DNA of 60,672 bases, taken from positions 1 through 60,672 of the IMG/VR virus record IMGVR_UViG_3300025146_000015. One strand, written 5' to 3'. The DNA is from a virus (taxonomy: Duplodnaviria; Caudoviricetes). Under the pieces are notes generated by a model, which did no database searches, was not told where the DNA came from, and saw only the letters and a list, made by a program, of their open reading frames with translations. A program made the translations under genes and the position numbers. Below, in pieces: positions 1 to 9,860 of this stretch (its first letter is position 1; each line of letters opens with the position of its first letter).

Positions 1-222
1 GAGCCACGAGGGATAGCCGACACCACAAGCGCACCCTGGCTCGTGAGCTTCGACGACGTCCAGGGCAACAGCTACCTGTTTGCGGTTTCTGAGGCCAGGC
101 CGGACCGATCGCTGGGCCTCGTCGTCTGCCTACTCGAGGCCTGTGAGGCAACCGGGGCGACACTCGTCACCTCCGGTGGGATCCCGGTGACATCCGCCGG
201 GGAGCGAGTGACCCATGGCTGA
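1..222 (+). CDS. 5'-truncated head-tail joining protein (C-terminal part)
   Basis: Frame 1 is open from base 1 (EPRGIADTTSAPWLVSF...RPDRSLGLVVCLLE) to TGA at 220-222 and overlaps the next start; position upstream of neck and sheath genes. Confidence 0.5.
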   Translation, partial: EPRGIADTTSAPWLVSFDDVQGNSYLFAVSEARPDRSLGLVVCLLEACEATGATLVTSGGIPVTSAGERVTHG

Positions 223-823
223 GCTCGACCTGCTGCACCTACCCGTCACTGTCGTTGCCAACGACACCGCGCGGCTGGCCCTCACGGGCTTCACCGCGGC
301 CGACGTCGGGCGCCTGTACCGGCAGACGGACACCAGCGAGTACTGGGTCCTGACGGCATCCACACCGACGTGGGAGCGCCTGGGGCTGGGCCGCGCGGTC
401 GTGGGCATCGGCCACCTACAGCTCTCGGTGCCAGCGTTGACGGACCTCGAGCTGGACGTCTGGACCCGCATCGCGGGCACGTTCGCCGCCGGCGGCCTCC
501 TCTGGGGCTTCAGCGCGGGCGCATCCGGGGCGGCGCTGCAATACGACGGCGCCCGGACGGCGTCGGTGCACGCCGTAGCGAGCGGAACCCTCGTCCCTGC
601 CTCGGCGGCCAACACCTTCGGCCTGCGGTTCGCGATCGACGGGGTTCCGGTCGGGCAATCCGCACGGCTGACACCGGGCTCAACCGGCGACGCGCCGCTC
701 TGGCTTTCCGAGGGCGTGACGCTCTCGACCGGCGAGGAGCTGGAGCTCCTGCTCGCCAACCACACCGATACCACGGATGCGACGGTCTCGCAGCTGTCCC
801 TGATGCTCATCGCGATCGCCTGA
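215..823 (+). CDS. hypothetical virion-associated protein
   Basis: 202 aa ORF tightly packed in the structural operon; beta-rich C-terminus. Confidence 0.55.
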   Translation: MAELDLLHLPVTVVANDTARLALTGFTAADVGRLYRQTDTSEYWVLTASTPTWERLGLGRAVVGIGHLQLSVPALTDLELDVWTRIAGTFAAGGLLWGFSAGASGAALQYDGARTASVHAVASGTLVPASAANTFGLRFAIDGVPVGQSARLTPGSTGDAPLWLSEGVTLSTGEELELLLANHTDTTDATVSQLSLMLIAIA

Positions 824-826
824 ACC

Positions 827-1504
827 ATGGCTGGCCAGATCACGACTCGGATCACCGAGCTCAATCGGGTCCTCGTGCGGGACGCGATCGGGTCAATCAT
901 CCTCGAAGAGGCGGCCCTGCAGCAGCAGTTGGCGACCTCAGCGGGGGCATCCACGGATCCATACCGTCTGCGCGTCTTCACTGGCCGGACGAACCCGATC
1001 GCCGAATGGATAGATGCTCCCGACACGGGCTCGGCTTCATCGTTTCCGATCGTCAACGTCACATTCGTCAAGCAGGATTTCGACAAAGCGAAATCGAACG
1101 CCGTCAAGGACCGCCGAGGGGCTGCGGTGTTTTACGTGGACTGCTTCGGATACGGCAAGACGCAGGCGGCCGCTGGCGGGCAGATCCCTGGAGAGCTGTC
1201 GGCCGACACCCAGGCGAACTGGGCATCGACTCTCGCCGAGCAGTCCCTGATGGCCGCCCACTACACCTACCTCGGGCTGCGCGGTGTCGTGGCTTCTCGA
1301 TTCCTCACATCGATCGAGCGGCACCAGCCAGCAGAAAACGATCGACCGATACAGAACGTCATGGCGTATCGCCTGACGCTGGAAGTCGTCTTCGGCGAAG
1401 AGTCGCCTCAGGTCGAAGGTCAGATCATCGAACGGATCGTGACCGACGTGACCAGGGCGAGTGACGGACAGTTGTACCTGTCAGTCGACACACCAATCGA
1501 ATGA
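827..1504 (+). CDS. tail completion/terminator-like (neck) protein
   Basis: 225 aa ORF immediately upstream of the tail sheath gene; function from synteny. Confidence 0.55.
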   Translation: MAGQITTRITELNRVLVRDAIGSIILEEAALQQQLATSAGASTDPYRLRVFTGRTNPIAEWIDAPDTGSASSFPIVNVTFVKQDFDKAKSNAVKDRRGAAVFYVDCFGYGKTQAAAGGQIPGELSADTQANWASTLAEQSLMAAHYTYLGLRGVVASRFLTSIERHQPAENDRPIQNVMAYRLTLEVVFGEESPQVEGQIIERIVTDVTRASDGQLYLSVDTPIE

Positions 1505-1547
1505 CGCGGGCCTGTCCCGCGGGCAACCAAACCAAGGAGAAACGACC

Positions 1548-3074
1548 ATGGGCGTCGATGCGAGTGCTATTGCCCGCGTGCTGGGCATCACCACCGAATA
1601 CCAAGACACGCGAGGCGGATCGGTCAAGTACCTTCCGCAGAGGATCGCTGTCATTGCCCAGGGCGCGACCGCGTCTGCTGGGTACAGCCTCAACAAATGG
1701 ACCGCCACCTCGGCGAACGCCGGTGGCGCGCGGTACGGGTACGGCAGCCAGATCCACCTGATGTTGCGTGAGCTGTTGCCGGCGAACGGTGACGGAGTGG
1801 GCACCATTCCGATCGACGTTATTCCAATGAACGACGCTTCAGGCGGAGCGGCAGCGGTTGGCTCGGTGACCCCGAGCGGAACGGCGGCGGCAACCCAGAC
1901 CTACTACGCCCGCATCGGGGGAGTTCTCTCCGAGCCCTTCACGGTGGCAGCTGGCGCCGTGGTACCCGGTACCGTGGTGGACGCGATGGTTGTCGCAGTC
2001 GGCGGCGTCCCGCACATGCCGGTAACGGCAGCCGATGGTACGACAGATCTCGACCTCACATCGAAGTGGGAGGGCACATCGGCGAACGGGATCACGATTC
2101 AGATCCTGAACTCGGACGGTGAAGTGCTCACGTCGGGGACTGCGGACGCAAACGGCGTGATCTTCACCATCGTGGCGATGGCGAGCGGAGCGGCGAACCC
2201 GACGGTCGATACGCCTCTGACCAAGATCGGGAACGTTTGGAACACGATGCTGGTCAACGGTCTCGACCCCGAAGACGAGACCGCTATGACGGCATACGCC
2301 ACCTGGGGCGAGGGCCGCTGGGGCACGCTCTACCACAAGCCCGCTGTGGTGTTCACCGGGTGGACCGGCTTTGGCACACCGACGGTTGCCGAGGCAATCG
2401 CGATTTCGGAGACAAGGACGACCGACCGCGTGAACGCGCAAGTCGTGGCCCCTGGCTCGCCGAATATCCCGTGCGTAGTAGCAGCCCGACACGTGGCCAG
2501 GATCGCCAAGGTCGCGAACAACAATCCTCCGACGGACTACGGTGCCGAGCAAATCACCGGCATCGTCCCAGGCGACGACATCGACCAGTGGGACTACCCG
2601 AACCGCGACCTGGCACTCAAGGGCGGAAGCTCAACGGCCGAGGTCGTCGACAACATCCTGACGATCGGCGATACGGTCACCTTCTACGCACCGACCGGCG
2701 AAGAGCCCCCGGCGTATCGATACGTGGTCGACATCGTGCGGTTGCAGAACATCATCTACAACATCTCGTTGATCTTCGCGGCGAAGGAATGGGCCGGCGC
2801 GCCCCTGATTCCTGACCTACAGCCGACCGTGCGTCCGAATGCAAAGCGTCCGAAGGATGCAAAGGCGGTCGTTGCGGCGATGCTCGATTCGCTCGGGCTC
2901 GAAGCGATCATCAGCGATCCTGCGACTTCGAAGGCGCAGATCTACTGCGGCATCAACAGCCAGAACCCGAAGCGCCTCGACGTCGTGGTGCCAGTGACGC
3001 TCAGCGGAAACACGAACGTCAAGGACGTGACGCTGAGGTTCGGATTCTACTTCCCGGTGGCGCTGGCAGCCTGA
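1548..3074 (+). CDS. tail sheath protein (Mu gpL-like)
   Basis: AAGGAG RBS before ATG 1548; YLPQRIAVIAQG, YGYGSQIH and C-terminal NPKRLDV motifs; about 508 aa. Confidence 0.9.
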   Translation: MGVDASAIARVLGITTEYQDTRGGSVKYLPQRIAVIAQGATASAGYSLNKWTATSANAGGARYGYGSQIHLMLRELLPANGDGVGTIPIDVIPMNDASGGAAAVGSVTPSGTAAATQTYYARIGGVLSEPFTVAAGAVVPGTVVDAMVVAVGGVPHMPVTAADGTTDLDLTSKWEGTSANGITIQILNSDGEVLTSGTADANGVIFTIVAMASGAANPTVDTPLTKIGNVWNTMLVNGLDPEDETAMTAYATWGEGRWGTLYHKPAVVFTGWTGFGTPTVAEAIAISETRTTDRVNAQVVAPGSPNIPCVVAARHVARIAKVANNNPPTDYGAEQITGIVPGDDIDQWDYPNRDLALKGGSSTAEVVDNILTIGDTVTFYAPTGEEPPAYRYVVDIVRLQNIIYNISLIFAAKEWAGAPLIPDLQPTVRPNAKRPKDAKAVVAAMLDSLGLEAIISDPATSKAQIYCGINSQNPKRLDVVVPVTLSGNTNVKDVTLRFGFYFPVALAA

Positions 3075-3121
3075 GCCTGACCGGTTCGGCGAACAAAACA
3101 ACGAGACGAAAACACTAGGGC

Positions 3122-3154
3122 CGAGCCTGGGCGCCGCGTGCGCGCCCGGGCTCG
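3122..3154 (+). other. GC-rich stem-loop between sheath and tube genes
   Basis: CGAGCCTGGGCGC...GCGCCCGGGCTCG inverted repeat; no U-tract, so possibly a processing or stability hairpin. Confidence 0.5.
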
Positions 3155-3194
3155 AGCCTTGTTTGCGCGCGGACTCGCGCGATGGAGCAAGCAC

Positions 3195-3578
3195 ATGACG
3201 GCAGTTGGTGGCAGCATCGAATCTCTCTCGCTCCGAGGTCGGATCTTCGCGGTACCCGCGGACACCGATGCAACTCGGAAGCTCGGCGGCTGGGTCAACG
3301 AGGTTGCGGCAAACGGGAACGGCACCGCCCGCATCATCAAGACTAGAGAACCGCTGATGATCGAAGGCCTCGAGATCGAGGTCGACGACACTCGGGCGGA
3401 CCAGGAGTTTCTGCAGGAGATCGCGGACGGCCAAGACTTCGTGGCATTCGCGGTCACCCTGGCGTCGGGTGTCACCTACCAGGGCAAATGCATCCTCACC
3501 GAGGCGCCGTCGTACAGCACACAGAAGTCGACGGCCAGCGTCAGTCTGTCTGGCCCCGGCAAGGCCGAGCAGCAGTAG
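3195..3578 (+). CDS. tail tube protein
   Basis: GGAG RBS; 127 aa ORF directly after the sheath gene. Confidence 0.8.
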   Translation: MTAVGGSIESLSLRGRIFAVPADTDATRKLGGWVNEVAANGNGTARIIKTREPLMIEGLEIEVDDTRADQEFLQEIADGQDFVAFAVTLASGVTYQGKCILTEAPSYSTQKSTASVSLSGPGKAEQQ

Positions 3579-3602
3579 GCGCACCACGCGGAGCACGCAC
3601 GC

Positions 3603-4082
3603 ATGGCCAAACAGAACACCGGCCCCACCGAGGGTCGGCATAAAGCAACTCGCATGGAGCACGCACGCATGACCGAACAGAAGATTGCCACCGAGGTGGC
3701 AGAACAGGAGTTCCAACGATTCCTGGAGTCCATGGATCTCGACGTTAGCCCCGAGGGTATGGACGACGATGATCGTAAGAGCTTCGAACAAGCGAAGCGC
3801 CGTTTCCTGGCGGCCGTCTCAAGCGGAAACCTTGTCGTCAACGAGAAGGGGGAACCGGTGTTCACGCCGAGAGCGAGCGAACCGTCTACCCCGGTGACGT
3901 TCTACGAGCCGAAGGGAGCAACGCTCTTGGCCATGGACAAGGGTCAAAAGGGCCACGACATGGACAAGATGTTCAAGGTCATGGCCGAGTTGACCCGCGA
4001 GAATGCGCCGCGGTTCGCGAAGATGGCGGGGCGCGACATCAAGGTCTGCCTAGCGATCGTGGGCCTGTACCTGGGGGGATAG
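3603..4082 (+). CDS. tail assembly chaperone (gpG-like); second in-frame start at 3669
   Basis: Between tube and tape measure genes; ends CTG GGG GGA TAG (slippery site). Confidence 0.75.
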   Translation: MAKQNTGPTEGRHKATRMEHARMTEQKIATEVAEQEFQRFLESMDLDVSPEGMDDDDRKSFEQAKRRFLAAVSSGNLVVNEKGEPVFTPRASEPSTPVTFYEPKGATLLAMDKGQKGHDMDKMFKVMAELTRENAPRFAKMAGRDIKVCLAIVGLYLGG

Positions 4083-4348
4083 CACCCGCTGGTCCGACCG
4101 GGGTCACTGTCGCGACGTCCCTTGTTCGCGACGGCGTGGACCAGCGGCTCCTCCGGGCCAGGCGCGAGGACGGTAAGACGCACGCGGCCCACACGCTCGT
4201 CAACGTCTACACCGAGATGCTGCGGCAGATCTGTAGGGACTACTCCGGGCTACCGGACTGCCGCACGCTGACGCTGGGCGAGATACGATTCTTCTACGAA
4301 GGTCTTCGACCAGAACTCAAAGCAGCCACTAAGCCAAGGAAGAAGTAG
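4073..4348 (+). CDS. -1 frameshift extension of the tail chaperone (gpGT-like)
   Basis: Heptamer G GGG GGA at 4073-4079; the -1 frame is open from there through the 4136-4348 ORF (LPDCRTLTLGEIRFFYEGLR). Confidence 0.7.
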   Translation, partial: GGIAPAGPTGVTVATSLVRDGVDQRLLRARREDGKTHAAHTLVNVYTEMLRQICRDYSGLPDCRTLTLGEIRFFYEGLRPELKAATKPRKK

Positions 4349-4350
4349 CA

Positions 4351-6780
4351 GTGGCAGGAGGACGGTTTTCAGTAGACGCGGTCTTCAGGGCGGTGGATCG
4401 CTTCACGCAGCCATTGTCGAGGATGCGCCGCGGCGTGATTGGTCTGACCAGTAGCGCCAAGTTGGGCATGCGCGACGCTGACAAGGTCGCGTCTGGGTTT
4501 CTCAGAACTCTTGGCAGCATCGGAGCGAAGGCGGCAACTGCTGGCGCCGTCTTGGGGGCGGCGGGAGGCGCTGCCGCGTTTGCGATCGGGAAGGTCGGTG
4601 CCGACTTCGAGGAAGCTATCACGGCTGTCGGAGCGGTCTCACTGATGACGCGCGACCAGATCGCTGACCTCGAGAAGAAGGCTCTGCAGCTCGGATCGAC
4701 GACGAAGTTCACCGCAACCGAGGCGGCCAACGCGATGGAGCTCATGGGGCGCGCGGGCTTCACAAACGCCGAGATCATCAAAGGGATCGACGGTGTACTG
4801 AACGCGGCAGCGGCCGAGGGGGCAGGAATCGAGGAGGTAGCCGGCCACGTCTCGAACGTGCTCAAGGGCATGGGCCTGGCCGCGGATGAGGCAAACCGAG
4901 TCGCGGATGTCCTGACTCTAGCCTCCGCTCGAACCAACAGCTCGATCAGTAGCCTCGGCGAGTCGATGGCGAACGTCGCGTCAACAGCTAGGCAGCTGAA
5001 CGTCCCCCTGGAATCCGTCGTGGCAGCCGTCGCGGCTCTGCAGGACGTTGGTCTCGATGCGTCCGTCGCGGGTTCGGCGGTCAACACGATGCTGACGAAC
5101 ATCGCGAAGCCGACCGATGAAGTCGCGGCAAAGATGAAGAAGTGGGGGATCAGCTTCAAGGATGCCAAGGGAAACATGCTCCCGTTTTCCGAGGTCATCG
5201 GACAGATGTCCCAGGCTGCAAAGAAGTCGGGGGGCAACCTGGACCAGGTCGCGTTCTTCGCTGACCTCGTTGGACTGCGCGGCCAGAAGGCGGCCGCAAA
5301 TCTGAAGGACCTCTTCAACACTGGGAAGCTGCAAGCACTCACGAAGGAGCTCGACGGTGCGGCGGGTTCAGCGAAGAAGATGGCCGACCTTCGGATGCAA
5401 AACCTGAAGGGAGATCTGACGCTGCTCAAGTCGGCGACAGAGGGGCTCGAGGTCGCGTTGTTCAACACGGAGTCGGGACCGTTGCGTGGCGTTGTGCAGG
5501 GCATGACAAAATGGGTCACCGCGAACCAGCAACTGATCGTGTCCGGATTTCAGGAGTACCTAGGGAAGATCCGGGATGCGTTGCCGGACATCGTCAAATG
5601 GGGCAAGCGTGTTGCAATCATCGTCGGAATCTTCGCGTCGGTAGCGCTGGCGGTGAAAGCGGCGATGATCGTGGTCGCTGCGTTCAATGTCCTGGCTGCA
5701 ATGAACCCGTACGTCCTGATAGGTATGGCTATCGTAGCGGCCATTGCGCTCGTCGTGGCGTTCTGGCCCGAGATATCCGCGTTCTTCCTGAACCTCTGGA
5801 ACATCGCGAAGGAGACAGCGCAGAAGGTTGCCGACTGGTTCGTTGGGATTTGGAACAGCGTCGCTACCTGGTTCGGTGGCATCTGGGACAGCATCACCGC
5901 GTTCGCCGAACGGTCCGCAACCATCATGCGTCTCGGGTGGGCGACGGTCGTGACATTCTTCCAGGGAATCTGGGATGCGGTTGCCTCGGTCGTGAAAGGT
6001 GTCATCAAATTCATCGTCGGCCTGGTCGTTATTTGGTATGAGGAGCAGTGCCGCATCTTCGCTCCGGTGGTCGCGTTCTTCCAGGCAATCTGGGGCGGCG
6101 TGAAAGCCGCGTTCCTGTGGGCCTGGGGTCTGATCAGCGAGGCGGCCAGTGCCTACTTCGGAGTGCTGAGGGCGATCTGGACTCCGGTTCTCGGGGTGTT
6201 CGTCGCCATCTGGGATGCTGTCAAAGCGGCATTCGCTTGGGCGTTCGACGGGATCTCCGCATACGCGGCTGAGAAGCTGGAGACGGTCAAGTCTATCTGG
6301 GGCTCAGTCGTGGGAGTGTTCTCGACAATCTGGGGCAGCATCAAGCTCGCGTTCAGTGCTGTCTGGGATGCGATCGCCGATGATCTGCGGTCCAAGTACG
6401 ACCTATTCGTGTCCATCTTCTCCCCGATCGTCAGCTTCTTCTCCGGCCTGTGGCAGAGCGTCGCTGACACCTTCAACTCCGTGCTCGGTGGGCTGATGTC
6501 CCGCATCGAGCAGGTGATCGGGTTCGTGCAGGGCAAGGGTGGCACTGCCCTCGGGTGGGAGGGTGCAGGAACCGGGGACAGCCCCGGGGCGCCTCCGGGC
6601 TCGGGTCCGCAAATGGTCACCCCTCAGGATAGGACCGCGCGCACCATCAGCGAGAGCAACACGACGACGACAACCAAGGCCGAGGTCACGATCAAGGACG
6701 AAACAGGCAAGGCCAAGGTCACAAGGTCTCCGAAGGGCAGCGGAGTCGGGCTGCGCTTGGCCCATTCGGGGGCGTTCTGA
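4351..6780 (+). CDS. tape measure protein (TP901-family core)
   Basis: 809 aa; TTKFTATEAANAMELMGRAG core; Trp-periodic amphipathic repeats. Confidence 0.93.
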   Translation: MAGGRFSVDAVFRAVDRFTQPLSRMRRGVIGLTSSAKLGMRDADKVASGFLRTLGSIGAKAATAGAVLGAAGGAAAFAIGKVGADFEEAITAVGAVSLMTRDQIADLEKKALQLGSTTKFTATEAANAMELMGRAGFTNAEIIKGIDGVLNAAAAEGAGIEEVAGHVSNVLKGMGLAADEANRVADVLTLASARTNSSISSLGESMANVASTARQLNVPLESVVAAVAALQDVGLDASVAGSAVNTMLTNIAKPTDEVAAKMKKWGISFKDAKGNMLPFSEVIGQMSQAAKKSGGNLDQVAFFADLVGLRGQKAAANLKDLFNTGKLQALTKELDGAAGSAKKMADLRMQNLKGDLTLLKSATEGLEVALFNTESGPLRGVVQGMTKWVTANQQLIVSGFQEYLGKIRDALPDIVKWGKRVAIIVGIFASVALAVKAAMIVVAAFNVLAAMNPYVLIGMAIVAAIALVVAFWPEISAFFLNLWNIAKETAQKVADWFVGIWNSVATWFGGIWDSITAFAERSATIMRLGWATVVTFFQGIWDAVASVVKGVIKFIVGLVVIWYEEQCRIFAPVVAFFQAIWGGVKAAFLWAWGLISEAASAYFGVLRAIWTPVLGVFVAIWDAVKAAFAWAFDGISAYAAEKLETVKSIWGSVVGVFSTIWGSIKLAFSAVWDAIADDLRSKYDLFVSIFSPIVSFFSGLWQSVADTFNSVLGGLMSRIEQVIGFVQGKGGTALGWEGAGTGDSPGAPPGSGPQMVTPQDRTARTISESNTTTTTKAEVTIKDETGKAKVTRSPKGSGVGLRLAHSGAF

Positions 6781-8195
6781 TGGCGACGTGGGAAGACAGA
6801 ATTCGTGAGGCGGCATACACCTCTCCAAAAAGCGGGACAAGGATCGTCTTTGACTACGAGGACGTAAGTCGAATTGTCGAGCTCAGAACCGCAGCGTTTG
6901 GGTTCCCGGGAGTTGACGGCGAGTACGTCCAGCAGAACGGCTATGGCTCAAGACGATACCCGATGCGCTGCATCTTCTGGGGATCGTTGCACGACATATC
7001 AGCCACTGTTTTCAATGAGTTGCTGCTGGAGCCCGGCATCGGGAAGCTGGAACACCCAATGTATGGGACGTTCAACGTTGTCCCGTTCGGAGAGATCACA
7101 CGGCGCGACGACTTGAAGACAGGCGCAAACCAAACAATCATCGAAGTTACGTTTTGGACAACGATCCGCGAGCTCTTTCCGCTGGCCTTGCAGGATCCTG
7201 GGAGCGTGATTGCCGCGGCCCTGCAAGCATTCACTCTGGCGTCAGCCCAGCAGTTCGCAGACGCTACAGACCTATCGGACGCAATATCGAAGGCGGCTGG
7301 CAAGGGTCTGATCCGCGCTCTGCTGAACATCGTCAGCGACACCCTGCAGCAGGTGTCCGACCTCGTGTCTGGGGTCAATCGCGACTTCCGTGACCTGCAG
7401 AGCACCATCAACTACGGGATGGACGTCCTCATCGGGCAGCCACTGCAGCTAGCCCAGCAGATCGCAAACCTCATCACGGCCCCTGCCCGTGCAATCGACG
7501 GACTCAAGTCGAGGCTAGATGCGTACGGGGAGCTCTTCGACAGCATCTTCGAGTCGGAGGCAGGGAGGCCCGGCGATGCGCTGGACTCGGTTCCTACGGC
7601 AACGGCTGGCCGCATCGGTGTGACGCGGCGGACTCAGCTGATCGCCAACGGGTTCCACGCGGCCGACCTGTTCGCTGCGCACGCAATGGCAGGCAGCGTC
7701 ACGAGCACGCTGGACTCAACGTTTCAGGCGCAGCAGACGATCGCGCTTGAGGATGCTCCGAGCGGGTACAGGCAGCCAGCTGGGAAGGCTGGAGTCTTTC
7801 TGGCGAAGCCGGACGCAATCGTCGCGGCCGAGACGCTTCTCGCGCAGATGGACGCATACACGGCCTGGCGGGAAGCGGGGTTCGTCGCGCTCGGGGCCGT
7901 GCCGAAGACAGGAACCTACCAGCTGGACGCCGGAGCCTCCTATGCCGAGCTGCATCGGGCGGTCTCGATAGCGGCTGGAAACCTCATTCAGATCTCATTC
8001 AACCTCGTCCCCGAGCGGCGACTGGTGCTCGATCGGGAAAGGACGATCGTCGACCTCGCATCTGAGTTCTATGGGCACGTCGATCCGGTCGATGGCTTCG
8101 ATCCGCTCGACTACCTGATCGAGACGAACAACCTCACCGGCTCTCAGATCCTCGAACTGCAGCGTGGGCAAACGGTGAAGTACTACCATGCCTGA
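6780..8195 (+). CDS. Mu gp43-like DNA circularization/tail protein
   Basis: N-terminal WEDRIREAAYTSP and GKLEHPMYG motifs; follows the tape measure gene. Confidence 0.8.
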   Translation: MATWEDRIREAAYTSPKSGTRIVFDYEDVSRIVELRTAAFGFPGVDGEYVQQNGYGSRRYPMRCIFWGSLHDISATVFNELLLEPGIGKLEHPMYGTFNVVPFGEITRRDDLKTGANQTIIEVTFWTTIRELFPLALQDPGSVIAAALQAFTLASAQQFADATDLSDAISKAAGKGLIRALLNIVSDTLQQVSDLVSGVNRDFRDLQSTINYGMDVLIGQPLQLAQQIANLITAPARAIDGLKSRLDAYGELFDSIFESEAGRPGDALDSVPTATAGRIGVTRRTQLIANGFHAADLFAAHAMAGSVTSTLDSTFQAQQTIALEDAPSGYRQPAGKAGVFLAKPDAIVAAETLLAQMDAYTAWREAGFVALGAVPKTGTYQLDAGASYAELHRAVSIAAGNLIQISFNLVPERRLVLDRERTIVDLASEFYGHVDPVDGFDPLDYLIETNNLTGSQILELQRGQTVKYYHA

Positions 8196-9276
8196 GCGGG
8201 TCGAGGTGCGTATCAGCGAGAAAGCGTTCGCACATTGGTCGAGTCTCGAGATCAACCTAGGTCTGGACACGATCGACACCATTGCGCTCTCGGCCCCGTT
8301 TGAGGCAGAGCGACGCGAGTTCCGGGAGCTTTTCCGGCCATTTGGGTTCCAGCCGATCGATGTGACGCTCGACGGTGTGGCTCTCTTCACCGGGACACTG
8401 GTCGAGGTCACTCCGAACGTCACGGAGGAGTCAAGCACGGTGGACGTTGCAGGCTACGCCATCCCTGGTGTCCTCGGGGACTGCAGCCCGCCGGCCTCTG
8501 CGCTCCCGCTCGAGTGGCACGGGGTAGGGCTTCGTGAAATCTGTGAGCTATTGTGCGCACACTTCGGAGTCGACGTCGACTTCGGACTTAGAGACAATGC
8601 TCCATTCGGTAAGGTCGCCCTCGACCCATTGAGCGAGAAGAGGGCAAACGAGTGGGACAAGAAAGCGATTCATGAGCAGACGCTGCCGTGGGCCTTTCTG
8701 ACGAAGCTGGCCCAGCAACGGAACGCACTGCTGACGAGTTCAACGCGCGGCAAGCTGAAGGTGTGGCGTGCCGAGACGTCAGGAACGCCCGTGGCTCAGC
8801 TCGAGGGAGGCCTACCACCGCTCGTCAAGGTGACACCGAGCTTCAGCCCTCAAGACTACTACTCGGAGATTACTGGGTTCGCTCCGGCCAAGCGCGGCCG
8901 CAAGGGCACCAAGTGGACCGAGAACAACCCCAGGCTCGGGTCAAGCGTGCGACCGCATTGTTTCAGTTGCGACGACTCCGAGGACGCCGACGCACCGATG
9001 GCCACGGCCGCGAAGCTGTCAAGGATGTTCGGAAATTCAATCAGCTACATGATCGAAGGTCTTCCAACTTGGCGAACACCGCAGGGTGACATCTGGAGGC
9101 CGAACACCTTCATCCGGCTGAAGGCGCCGAACGCCATGGTCTACGACTGGACAGACCTGCTGATTCGAAACGTCAGGCTGAGCCAGACAGAAGAAATGGA
9201 AACCGCAGACCTGAACGTCTGCCTGCCCGGATCGTTTGGTGGCGAAGTGCCGAAGAGGTTTCCGTGGGAGCTCTAG
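8188..9276 (+). CDS. baseplate hub (Mu gp44-like)
   Basis: 362 aa; WRTPQGDIWRPN motif; synteny. Confidence 0.8.
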   Translation: MPERVEVRISEKAFAHWSSLEINLGLDTIDTIALSAPFEAERREFRELFRPFGFQPIDVTLDGVALFTGTLVEVTPNVTEESSTVDVAGYAIPGVLGDCSPPASALPLEWHGVGLREICELLCAHFGVDVDFGLRDNAPFGKVALDPLSEKRANEWDKKAIHEQTLPWAFLTKLAQQRNALLTSSTRGKLKVWRAETSGTPVAQLEGGLPPLVKVTPSFSPQDYYSEITGFAPAKRGRKGTKWTENNPRLGSSVRPHCFSCDDSEDADAPMATAAKLSRMFGNSISYMIEGLPTWRTPQGDIWRPNTFIRLKAPNAMVYDWTDLLIRNVRLSQTEEMETADLNVCLPGSFGGEVPKRFPWEL

Positions 9277-9857
9277 GCGAGGTCAAGGCAGCGAAGTCGA
9301 CCGACAGCGGACTCGACGTCGAGTTCGATCAGAGCGGCGGGCACATCCGGACCGCTGATCACTTCGACGGAGCGGGCACCGACGCGGTCCCGCTACCGGG
9401 CGACACGGTGGCCCAGCAGCCCTGCTCGGGCACGGGTTCGGTTCTGGCCGTTGGCTACTGCGACCCGATCGCCGCCAACCGGAAGGCCACCGCGGGTGAG
9501 CGCCGCATCTACAGCCGCAACCCACTGACCGGGGTGGCGGTGGCCGAGGTCTACTGCAAGGCCGACGGAACCATCGTGATCGCGTCGCTCAACGGGTCAC
9601 CCATCGAGCTCACGTCTACGGGCCGCGTGACGGTGAACGCCCCCGACGTTCGCCTTGGAGCAGGCGGTCGGCAGGTAGCGTGTGTGGGCGATTTCGTGGG
9701 TGGTTCGATCCGAGGGGTCACGCTGGTGGCCGGAGCTCCGGTTCCGCTCCTGCCTCTACCTCCCGCCACACCTAGCCCGACCGGCGGCGTCACCTTCGTG
9801 GGGCAAATCATCAGCGGTGTCTCGGGAGTATCGGCCGGTACTGGCACGGGTACCTAG
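9264..9857 (+). CDS. baseplate spike (Mu gp45-like) with PAAR-like C-terminus
   Basis: PLPGD and GERRIYSR motifs; C-terminal QVACVGD...GQIISG. Confidence 0.75.
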   Translation: MGALGEVKAAKSTDSGLDVEFDQSGGHIRTADHFDGAGTDAVPLPGDTVAQQPCSGTGSVLAVGYCDPIAANRKATAGERRIYSRNPLTGVAVAEVYCKADGTIVIASLNGSPIELTSTGRVTVNAPDVRLGAGGRQVACVGDFVGGSIRGVTLVAGAPVPLLPLPPATPSPTGGVTFVGQIISGVSGVSAGTGTGT

Positions 9858-9860
9858 CCA

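Noticed and set aside
130-6056. Long antisense ORFs over the structural genes (e.g. 130-1107, 2817-3791, 4329-5519)
   Set aside because: Shadow frames typical of high-GC coding DNA; no motifs or RBS
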